From the IMG/VR virus record IMGVR_UViG_3300029267_003506: a stretch of DNA of 30,358 bases, one strand, 5' to 3'. The stretch is from a virus (lineage: Duplodnaviria > Heunggongvirae > Uroviricota > Caudoviricetes). Positions 1 through 6,681 of the stretch are shown piece by piece. Below the pieces are notes generated by a model. It did not search any database, was not told the origin of the DNA, and saw nothing but the letters and a program-made list of their open reading frames with translations. The position numbers and the translations under genes are program-made. The stretch's first letter is position 1. Every line of letters begins with the position of its first letter.

Positions 1-2
1 CA

Positions 3-260
3 GAAGATGCCCAATTCGCCCTCAATGAAGCACGGGCAATTTGTGAAGACCTGGCAGACAGTGAACTCGACCAAGTGTGGGCGGCGGAAGACTGGCTGGC
101 AGATTGGTCAACCGAACTCACCGGGCGCGAGACAGACGAGGAACTGTCCCGGCTGGCTGACAAAATCCAAGACGACGCCAGTTCGGACAGAGCCAGAGTC
201 CGCGACCTGCTTTCGCACCTTGAGTCGTTGCGGGACGAAGCCAAAGAAAAGGGAGAATAG
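3..260 (+). CDS. 5'-truncated acidic helical hypothetical protein (EDAQFALNEARAICEDLADSELDQVWAAEDWL...)
   Basis: Frame 3 is open from the window edge to TAG at 258-260. The track's 75..260 ORF is its distal part. It is followed after 3 nt by the next ATG, with an overlapping GGAG RBS. Confidence 0.6.
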   Translation, partial: EDAQFALNEARAICEDLADSELDQVWAAEDWLADWSTELTGRETDEELSRLADKIQDDASSDRARVRDLLSHLESLRDEAKEKGE

Positions 261-263
261 GCG

Positions 264-632
264 ATGAAAGAACTCTCCAACGGCGCTCTTCAGGACACGG
301 TAGCCGATTTTCTATCCGATGAAAACCTGGCACAATCCAAAGATGTTCTGAAACGTCAGATGCTCAAACTCATCCAGGACGTCAAAGCAGCCACTGAGAA
401 AGCGTCCCAGGCTGTTCTAAGCCAACAAGACATCGAACAAGTCACCATTTTCGAGCGTAGAAGCGGCACCGACAAGGTTTTTGTCACAACTAATCTCCCG
501 TCCCCGTACACCTATGAAGGAGGAGGTGCCCTTCGATTATCCTTTGACGCCACCAAAGGATACGGAAGAGAATACGCGAAAAAGCATTTCAAAGGCATTG
601 AAATCGAGACTGTACAAGACTCCCACCAGTAG
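264..632 (+). CDS. Hypothetical protein, 122 aa
   Basis: ATG with GGAG just upstream and protein-like composition; no recognisable motif. Confidence 0.8.
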   Translation: MKELSNGALQDTVADFLSDENLAQSKDVLKRQMLKLIQDVKAATEKASQAVLSQQDIEQVTIFERRSGTDKVFVTTNLPSPYTYEGGGALRLSFDATKGYGREYAKKHFKGIEIETVQDSHQ

Positions 633-703
633 AAAAACATACTGCGGGACGGCACTGGATTCGTCGTTGGGATTTTCGACGACAAAGAAGGAGTCTGGTT
701 CTG

Positions 704-736
704 AAAAACTGGTTCAGGCGCGTCTCCGAACCAGTT
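704..736 (-). terminator. Rho-independent terminator
   Basis: AACTGGTTC/GAACCAGTT 9-bp stem (736-728/715-707) running into TTTTT on the minus strand. Confidence 0.65.
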
Positions 737-852
737 CTTGCCATGTGGGGGCGATGCTCACCGCCTTGCTTATCCCCGGCATGGTTCAGATGCTGTTGAG
801 GTGAGCACAGCATCCTGGCGGCATTACGGACGCTCGCTTGTGGCCGCGTGTC
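704..852 (-). ncRNA. Candidate ~150-nt structured small RNA (two hairpins with complementary loops plus terminator)
   Basis: Lies between TGGTATAAT (867-859) and a hairpin+T-run (736-704). Stems are 789-796/807-814 and 741-755/772-784, and loops GCTCACC (806-800) and GGTGAGC (762-756) are complementary. No RBS-led ORF. Confidence 0.45.
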
Positions 853-858
853 AGTCTC

Positions 859-867
859 ATTATACCA
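859..867 (-). promoter_or_regulatory. Extended -10 promoter TGGTATAAT
   Basis: Exact TGnTATAAT; member of a recurring (C/T)GGTATAAT motif in this window. Confidence 0.55.
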
Positions 868-890
868 GGATAGGCTCTGAATTTGACACG

Positions 891-982
891 AAAAAGGGCA
901 CCCGCTGCGTCCAGGGGTGCCCGATAGGCCGTACCACGCCATCGAGGGGCTTACAGGAGGGCCTCGTATGGTGGGTCAGTGC
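891..982 (-). terminator. Conserved 3' structured element plus intrinsic terminator (copy 1)
   Basis: GGGCACCC/GGGTGCCC stem followed by TTTTT, with an upstream AGGCC/GGCCT stem. The paralogous copy at 19700-19792 has compensatory changes. Confidence 0.75.
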
Positions 983-1873
983 TTATCCGTACTTCCTGAC
1001 TTGGTTCCTGGCAACGCGCTGCCATGCCTTTAGTGCCTTCAGCAACTCCCACATGACCTTCGACACCTGCATGCTCTGCCTCAGATTGCTGCTCTGGATA
1101 CGGTCATCAGGGGGAACGGACTGCGACGCTGACTCCAATTGTGCCTCCAGCCCTTTTGCCATACCCCATGCCTTGGTGATGTCGGCCTCCATCGCCTTTA
1201 GCGACGGAATAAGGGACTCGTCATCCAGTATGACCTTGTCAGCAGCCGTGCGCTCGCTGGCCCCCACAAGCTCCTTGGCGACCTTCCACTGCTTGGTCAG
1301 GTCAACACCGGCAGCCCTCTCGTCGGCCAATGCTTTGAGGGTACTGTTGACCACCTTCTTCGCCTCCGCAATGGTCTTGAGCTGCCTCTTGAACTTGAGG
1401 GCCTCCCCGTCAGGCATCGCAAGCATGATGCGATAGAGCGGCTGACCTGGACCCTCAATCTCGACAACATGGCCCCCGTATTCCCCCAAGATGGCGGTCC
1501 AGCGATGCCCCTTGGAATCATCCCTCTCTGTCCACTTCACCGACGCTGCGCTCAGTTCCCTGGCCGACCTCTCGCTTCTCTTGACAACCTTCTCGATGAC
1601 CCTTTCTGGGCTCTTTTCGCTGTAGTGTCTGTTCCCAAAACTCGCCCACCACTCGGGGGCCTTGAGCGCGTGGTCATGTTGGATAAGCACTGTTTCGGTT
1701 GTGTTCTGGTTGACCAGTTTGATGACACCGCCCTCTGGAGCGCCGAAGTCATCATACGTTAGGGGGACGTATGATGTGACAGCCCAGTCGCCGTATCTCT
1801 TTCCCTTCGTAATGCGGGCCGTCAGTTCCTTGGCCAGCCTCACAAGCCTCTCGGCCACTTGTCTCTCATCCAT
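983..1873 (-). CDS. MDER-leader family protein, 296 aa (possible virion/internal protein)
   Basis: Start trimmed to MDERQVAERLVRLAKELTA (RBS AAAGGGA upstream). Shares the N-terminal motif with 5994, 6378, 6987 and 19793. Confidence 0.85.
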   Translation of the reverse strand: MDERQVAERLVRLAKELTARITKGKRYGDWAVTSYVPLTYDDFGAPEGGVIKLVNQNTTETVLIQHDHALKAPEWWASFGNRHYSEKSPERVIEKVVKRSERSARELSAASVKWTERDDSKGHRWTAILGEYGGHVVEIEGPGQPLYRIMLAMPDGEALKFKRQLKTIAEAKKVVNSTLKALADERAAGVDLTKQWKVAKELVGASERTAADKVILDDESLIPSLKAMEADITKAWGMAKGLEAQLESASQSVPPDDRIQSSNLRQSMQVSKVMWELLKALKAWQRVARNQVRKYG

Positions 1874-1957
1874 CTCTGTGTTCCCTTTCAACGCGCCATG
1901 GGGCAAACGGCCTCAGCATCCTTCAACGCCTCTACAACGTATTTTACCTGCTTCAGC

Positions 1958-2090
1958 CCATCTCAAATCCCCTGTGCAAATCTCTCAGAAAAGCCCACAC
2001 AAGGCTTTACATTACCACGGATATAAAGAAATTGTGCAGGTGTGCCGCTATTTTGCCCCTGCGCAGCCAGAGAAGGCCGCTGTGCAACGC
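1958..2090. repeat. 133-bp upstream block, copy 1 (copy 2 at 7346-7478)
   Basis: Ungapped alignment with 9 mismatches in 133 by manual comparison. Both copies lie 5' of MDER-family genes. Confidence 0.95.
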
Positions 2091-2146
2091 CGGTGAGACA
2101 CCCCGTACCCTAAGACCCCCGCGAATCCCAAGCCCTCAGAACGCCC

Positions 2147-2329
2147 CTACCGCCCCCAAATGCCGTAAACATACTCGAAGTCGCCATCAACGCAGCCCCT
2201 ATCCAGCGCCTGCATCATGTACTGACTACCTTCAACCCGGAATATCCTGTCGCCATGTTGATTCAAGACCTCATATCCCCTGTCCAGCAACATCCTTACG
2301 GACTCTTTCACCTCTGGGTCATCCATCAT
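2147..2329 (-). CDS. Small hypothetical protein, 60 aa
   Basis: Strong GGAGGT RBS 6 nt before ATG. Confidence 0.7.
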   Translation of the reverse strand: MMDDPEVKESVRMLLDRGYEVLNQHGDRIFRVEGSQYMMQALDRGCVDGDFEYVYGIWGR

Positions 2330-2374
2330 CCCGCCACCTCCGATGAAACCATCTGCTCGACATGGTACAAGCCA

Positions 2375-2632
2375 CTAGGCAGTATCCCCCCGCTCCGGCA
2401 ACGTGAATACCTGACCGCCCATGACCGGTTTTCCGTTCAATCCCTGTAGATATGTCCCCCACCACCGTTTACACTCGGCTCGGATATCCTCTACCACCCG
2501 CTCCTCAATCCACCTGCAGCCTTCCTGATATATCGCCGCAACCTCCTCGCTGTAATAAAGGGCGTCCATGCTATAGCCTACCAAATGCCCCTTCACTTTC
2601 TCGACGTCACCGCAGTCCTCGCATCTGACCAT
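2375..2632 (-). CDS. Hypothetical protein with N-terminal CxxC, 85 aa
   Basis: MVRCEDCG; 4 nt from the upstream gene in an operon-like run. Confidence 0.7.
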   Translation of the reverse strand: MVRCEDCGDVEKVKGHLVGYSMDALYYSEEVAAIYQEGCRWIEERVVEDIRAECKRWWGTYLQGLNGKPVMGGQVFTLPERGDTA

Positions 2633-2636
2633 CTCT

Positions 2637-2873
2637 CTACCTTTCCCGTTCCACCATCGCTTGGCTGGGGACCGCCCAACCTTGCACCTTCAAAGCCGTC
2701 AGTATCTTCCGATTCTCACACCACGGAGGAGGATACGGACTGATTATCGTCACGCCTAATTCAATGGGACACTTCAACGCCTTGCCCCCGCTGCAATGCT
2801 TCGTCCACCCAGTTTTGCTCCACGTCGCTCCGTGTTTCTCGTAGCATCCCTTGCATATCAACCTCGGCGTCAT
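2637..2873 (-). CDS. Divergent member of the small Cys-rich family
   Basis: ICKGC...W..W..C...C...PPPWC pattern parallels the family motif. Confidence 0.7.
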   Translation of the reverse strand: MTPRLICKGCYEKHGATWSKTGWTKHCSGGKALKCPIELGVTIISPYPPPWCENRKILTALKVQGWAVPSQAMVERER

Positions 2874-2876
2874 GCT

Positions 2877-3077
2877 CTACCTCCCAGTCGGCGGAAGCCC
2901 GGGGGGTGGCGGACACACAAACCGCAACAACCGCCGATAAGACGGAACACTCTCAAACAACCACGCCTCTTTTCTCACTTCCTCTTCCCACTCGTCAAGG
3001 TCCTCAATCCCATACACGCGCCGCCGAGCCCTCTTCAATAATTCCTTATACGGCGGCTCCGTAACATGATACAGCAT
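2877..3077 (-). CDS. Hypothetical protein, 66 aa
   Basis: ATG overlaps the upstream TGA (TGATG); 3 nt from the next gene. Confidence 0.65.
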   Translation of the reverse strand: MLYHVTEPPYKELLKRARRRVYGIEDLDEWEEEVRKEAWLFESVPSYRRLLRFVCPPPPGLPPTGR

Positions 3078-3312
3078 CAGATTCCCCCCGCCAACATCAG
3101 ATGCTCAAGCCGAAAAGGACACTCTCTCGTTTCCACCTTAACCGCCGGATTCCCCTCTTCCAGTTCCTCCTGCACATCCCAACGCCCCAGCAAATCATTG
3201 ACTTCCTCTTGATTCAACCAGCGCCTTCCCCGGCAGCCACGATTTTACCCAGTCTGCAGCGCCGGCACAAATCCAGTCGTCTCTCTGCTACTGCTTTTCT
3301 ACGCCCGAACAC
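3077..3312 (-). pseudogene. Frameshifted Cys-rich family gene (not in ORF track)
   Basis: GTG start with AAGGA RBS gives MFGRRKAVAERRLDLCRRCRLGK. The -1 frame after GGTAAAAT continues NRGCRGRRW...ECPFRLEHLMLAGGI* and ends in TGATG coupling to 3077. Confidence 0.6.
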
Positions 3313-3688
3313 CTTTCGCTTCCTTGTCTATCTCTTCACTGCGACTCTCTGCCCACCAGGTATGTATCGTACTCGTCGCCACCAGTGCCCCATGCCTCTT
3401 TATCAGTAATTCCCTCACTTTGGCTAGCGTAAACCCCTGACTGTACAAATTCACCGCCAGCCACCGTACCTCGTCTGTGTACTGCCGACCGCGCGCCGCA
3501 TACGGTACCCCCACGCTGAAATACCGCCCACAATTACTGCAATAGTGTTTGCTGTAACGAACTTCTACAACAGCGTCAGACCCAAGATCCTTCAGCCGGC
3601 GACGACCTATCGAATGCCGCTTACACAACTGCTGACAACCTGGGCAAGCCGCCAAACTCTTAACCTTGCTTCTTTTTAGCACCTTCAT
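3299..3688 (-). CDS. ISL3-transposase-like N-terminal Zn-finger + HTH protein lacking the DDE domain, 129 aa
   Basis: CPGC..RHSIGRRRLKDL..YSKHYCSNCGRYF..RGRQYT..STIHTW resembles the zf-ISL3/HTH region. It stops where the catalytic domain would begin. Confidence 0.65.
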   Translation of the reverse strand: MKVLKRSKVKSLAACPGCQQLCKRHSIGRRRLKDLGSDAVVEVRYSKHYCSNCGRYFSVGVPYAARGRQYTDEVRWLAVNLYSQGFTLAKVRELLIKRHGALVATSTIHTWWAESRSEEIDKEAKGVRA

Positions 3689-3887
3689 TCTGATTATCCC
3701 TTCCCTTCCTGGCTTTCTCTCGACTGGCAAAAATCTCCGGCCAATCAATCTCCACAGCATCCCTGATTGCAACTACCAACCTCTTAGGCACCACATCCGC
3801 ATTTACGCGCCTCAATCTAATCGCTAAATTGTATGCGTCCTGCCATCGCTCCTCCTCAACAAGCCTTTCCAAATCCACCAAGGACAT
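3660..3887 (-). CDS. Hypothetical protein, 75 aa
   Basis: Start MSLVDLERL with GAGG RBS; operon context. Confidence 0.65.
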   Translation of the reverse strand: MSLVDLERLVEEERWQDAYNLAIRLRRVNADVVPKRLVVAIRDAVEIDWPEIFASREKARKGRDNQNEGAKKKQG

Positions 3888-3894
3888 AACCGCC

Positions 3895-4197
3895 TCACTC
3901 TTCCCAATCCGGACACTCAACAGTCTGCCCGGATAACTCGTGATGACAGTCCAGACAAAACATAATCATCCCGTCCCGCAAAAACAAATGACAACGGCTC
4001 GCCTCTTCGTGACTGTTGACCAAGAGAGACGGTCTGAATGTCGGCTTCTCCACATCACCATTAAACCACCACACCGGATGAACCCTGCCCATCTTGTCCG
4101 TGTGTGGCTTTGTCCGAAACGAATGACCGTAACCACACCCGGGACAATGAAAAACATACACCCCGGCTTTCTCGTCGATCAGGTGTATCTTCGGCAT
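3895..4197 (-). CDS. DUF6527-like Cys/His protein, 100 aa
   Basis: FHCPGCGYGH..W.FNGDVEKPTFRPSLL..CHLFLRDG.I.FC.DCHHELSGQT pattern recalled from DUF6527-type proteins; start MPKIH. Confidence 0.65.
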   Translation of the reverse strand: MPKIHLIDEKAGVYVFHCPGCGYGHSFRTKPHTDKMGRVHPVWWFNGDVEKPTFRPSLLVNSHEEASRCHLFLRDGMIMFCLDCHHELSGQTVECPDWEE

Positions 4198-4711
4198 CCT
4201 GTTTCTCCTCGCGCGTTGCCTTTTCCACATATTCCAGAAACAGCCCCTTCTCGAAGCCACCACGCCTGACGCGCTTTTCTTTGCGCCTCGACTCTACCTC
4301 GTCCCTACTGCTTCCCATTCGCTCTGCTAAAGCCCCCAACACTTCCATAATATCGGCTACCTTCTCAATGCTGGCTGCTTCCTCAAGTTCCGCAACTTCG
4401 TCACGTAACTTCGCCAAAAGACACGCGCCAATATCTTCCTCCGCCAATACTCGAACCTTACACCGTTTCCCGGCAGCAGCAATTATCTCCGGAATCTTGT
4501 CCCGAACCAACTCATCGCACACTTCCACACCCGCACTTATTACGTGTTCAAGGTGGTAAAAACACCATGACGGAGGCGGTCCATCAACAGGAATGCTCAA
4601 CGTCTTAAAGAGACACGACGCCTTTCCCTCTTCCCATTTACGGTAAAACCATTCCGAAGGCTCCTGACCTTTACTACGCCAACACTTCACACACGCCTTC
4701 TGACTCAACAC
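4061..4711 (-). CDS. Fusion of the small Cys-rich domain with a MazG-like (PRA-PH/COG4997-type) NTP pyrophosphohydrolase domain
   Basis: N-terminal MLSQKACVKC..PPPSWCFYHLEH, then LVRDKIPEII..KLRDEVAE..EKVADIMEVL..RGGFEKGLFL. The C-terminal tail overlaps the next gene by 137 nt. Confidence 0.8.
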   Translation of the reverse strand: MLSQKACVKCWRSKGQEPSEWFYRKWEEGKASCLFKTLSIPVDGPPPSWCFYHLEHVISAGVEVCDELVRDKIPEIIAAAGKRCKVRVLAEEDIGACLLAKLRDEVAELEEAASIEKVADIMEVLGALAERMGSSRDEVESRRKEKRVRRGGFEKGLFLEYVEKATREEKQDAEDTPDRRESRGVCFSLSRVWLRSFVSDKATHGQDGQGSSGVVV

Positions 4712-4713
4712 GT

Positions 4714-5259
4714 CTACGTCTCCTCGCGTTCCAGTGCCTCTTTTACCACCCCCATTGCAAGACGTAAATCAGCCTCTCCCTTACAAGCAGGGGAAACCGC
4801 ACCAACTATCTTGCCACACCTGTCGACCACCGCAGCAATGGTCGCCGCATCCCACGAAGTAGCACACAGCATGAACAGTGGACTATTCATCAACTCCGTC
4901 ATGCCCTTGTCAAGACATTGCACTATTCGCCGATTCTCAGTCACCGCAATCAACACCTCCGGCTCCGCCAAACGCAACCGAGTGTCTACCAGTCTTCCCC
5001 CCGTTGCACCAAGATGACGACGCGGAATTATTTTGTCCGTGATTTGAGGTATCCCACTCTCCCGATACCCTTCACGCCTCTCCCACCAAAACCTCTCGCC
5101 AGCCGCAATAGACGCATTGACTTTCCCGTTTGAAGTCCGAAAATGCTCCCCAAAAACCGCCACGCTCAATGCCCACCCCATGTCAGTTACCCAGTCCCCA
5201 TCCGAAAAGACACACCCACTCGATATCGGCAGCCATATCCTCTTCTTCCTCACGCTCAT
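4714..5259 (-). CDS. Hypothetical protein, 181 aa
   Basis: First gene after the minus-strand promoter at 5299-5311; GAGGGGG RBS. Confidence 0.75.
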   Translation of the reverse strand: MSVRKKRIWLPISSGCVFSDGDWVTDMGWALSVAVFGEHFRTSNGKVNASIAAGERFWWERREGYRESGIPQITDKIIPRRHLGATGGRLVDTRLRLAEPEVLIAVTENRRIVQCLDKGMTELMNSPLFMLCATSWDAATIAAVVDRCGKIVGAVSPACKGEADLRLAMGVVKEALEREET

Positions 5260-5298
5260 GTCCCCCTCAATGACACAAAATAACTCTCGACCAATCCA

Positions 5299-5406
5299 AT
5301 TATACCGTTTTGGCTGAAAATTGAATTATTTTTCGTGGGTCTTTTCCAAAAAACCTCTCAATCTGTCAAAAAATCTTGTCGAAAAAACCAACCCAAACGG
5401 TATAAT
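5299..5406. promoter_or_regulatory. Back-to-back divergent promoters AAACGGTATAAT
   Basis: CCAAAACGGTATAATT on minus (TATAAT at 5304-5299) and CCAAACGGTATAATT on plus (TATAAT at 5401-5406), in a divergent intergenic region. Confidence 0.65.
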
Positions 5407-5411
5407 TAGGC

Positions 5412-5600
5412 TTAGAACGAAACCAAGCGGCGGCCTACTCACGACGCGGAGGAAGCTCATGAGTTGAAACTGGCGTGACGAGCCTAATTCGTGGTTGGTC
5501 GTCGTGGCTGCCGGGGCGTCCTCCAACGCCTGAACGATGGCGACGACCAGCATCTTCACGCCCAGTCCCTTAACGCCAGTCTTGCAGGGGCTGGGCATTT
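5412..5600 (+). ncRNA. Candidate structured RNA or long 5' leader with an 8-bp pseudoknot
   Basis: Stems 5496-5504/5541-5549, 5515-5519/5526-5530 and 5560-5570/5586-5596. Loop ACGCCAGT (5573-5580) is complementary to ACTGGCGT (5469-5476). Confidence 0.35.
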
Positions 5601-5615
5601 GAACCCGGAGAAAAC

Positions 5616-5900
5616 ATGCTCGGTGAGATGCCACAAATCTTCAATAGATACCTGAGAAAAGCACGCAAACAACACCTCTGCTGTGAGTGTCGTAAGCCGA
5701 TAAAAACAGGCGATACTTACTGGTTCGCGCGCGGCTTGTGGGACCATCGCTGGGGCACATACAAAGTCTGCGTCCCTTGTGAAAAACTGCGGGCACAAAT
5801 ACACAAAGAATGTGATTTTGCGTCAGATGAGGCAATTGCTTTTGAACATCTGTCCGAGGCTGCCGGCGAGTACGAATACCCGATGCCCGGACAAACATGA
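5616..5900 (+). CDS. Phage-type 4-Cys Zn-finger protein, 94 aa
   Basis: RKARKQHLCCECRKPIKTGDTY..G.WD..YKVCVPC pattern; GGAG RBS. Confidence 0.8.
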   Translation: MLGEMPQIFNRYLRKARKQHLCCECRKPIKTGDTYWFARGLWDHRWGTYKVCVPCEKLRAQIHKECDFASDEAIAFEHLSEAAGEYEYPMPGQT

Positions 5901-5993
5901 TGACGACTGGTAGTTCTCAGAGACTAAAGCAACCAACGAGGAAGGTTGATATCACCAATCCCGGATATTCCACTCTTCTTTTGGTGATTGTGC

Positions 5994-6365
5994 TCAGTCT
6001 TCCAGTTCATTCCCAAAGGCGATTGCTGCGTCCCTGAGCTGCTTCGCTGCGGCTTCCATTTCCTTGATGTATTTGAGCATCTTGGTTGGAAGTGCTCTTC
6101 TGCCGATAGCACGATTCAAAGCACGGAGTCCATCCTCGCCCTCGTATCCGGCGTTGATGATGACCCCAAGAGCCTTGTTGGCATCACTCTTGACATCTTC
6201 CCACGGTAACCTCTGGGCTGTGCGAGATGAATTTTCCTCGTCGTCGCTCTTTTCCTTCTTCTTCTCGCAGTTGTCGCGCATCGGACCTTCCGGCAATTTC
6301 TCACAACCTGCCGCGAGCCCCTTCGCCAACCTCACCAGTTCCGCAGCTACTCGTCTCTCGTCCAT
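5994..6365 (-). CDS. MDER-leader family protein, 123 aa
   Basis: MDERRVAAELVRLAKGLAA; GAGGAG RBS. Confidence 0.85.
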   Translation of the reverse strand: MDERRVAAELVRLAKGLAAGCEKLPEGPMRDNCEKKKEKSDDEENSSRTAQRLPWEDVKSDANKALGVIINAGYEGEDGLRALNRAIGRRALPTKMLKYIKEMEAAAKQLRDAAIAFGNELED

Positions 6366-6377
6366 CAGCCGTTCTCC

Positions 6378-6668
6378 TCAAATATTCACGTACCATGTGC
6401 CGCGATGAATGTTTTTGCTCTCACCAATGTCATGCCACTTCGACCGGTACCTGTGCGCAATACGATACGCACCAAGTTCCGTCGTGAAAACCGTCCACCG
6501 TCCTTTGATTTTCATTGCAGTGACAACAGGCTCGCCGCCCGTGTGCTTCCTAAATTCCGCTATTGCCCTGTCTCTCCCAACATCGGCGTCTTCGTCCTCG
6601 TTCCACTCCCGGGCATTCAACTGCTTCGCCAACTTCACCAACTCCGCAGCTACTCGTCTCTCGTTCAT
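6378..6668 (-). CDS. MDER-leader family protein, 96 aa
   Basis: MNERRVAAELVKLAKQLNA; its RBS and leader DNA nearly match those of 5994..6365. Confidence 0.85.
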   Translation of the reverse strand: MNERRVAAELVKLAKQLNAREWNEDEDADVGRDRAIAEFRKHTGGEPVVTAMKIKGRWTVFTTELGAYRIAHRYRSKWHDIGESKNIHRGTWYVNI

Positions 6669-6681
6669 CAGCCGTTCTCCC

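Noticed and set aside
891-982. HDV-like ribozyme (GCC-CCTCGAT-GGC resembles P3/L3)
   Set aside because: No P1 partner conserved in both copies and no downstream P2 complement (TTACAGG) or J4/2 catalytic C context was found.
738-1436. 232-aa plus-strand ORF
   Set aside because: It is antisense to the MDER gene and its terminator, has a TTG start without an RBS, and is Ser/Ala-rich like a typical shadow ORF.
3299-3772. Intact ISL3 insertion sequence
   Set aside because: No DDE domain, terminal inverted repeats or target duplication; the ORF is only 129 aa.
5445-5625. Hammerhead, RNase P or ZTP riboswitch identity for the structured leader
   Set aside because: CTCATGAG lacks the CUGANGA core and stem II. 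GAGGAAGCTC has no proper P4/CR-V partner. ACTGGCG and CTGGGCA do not have ZTP spacing or P3 architecture.
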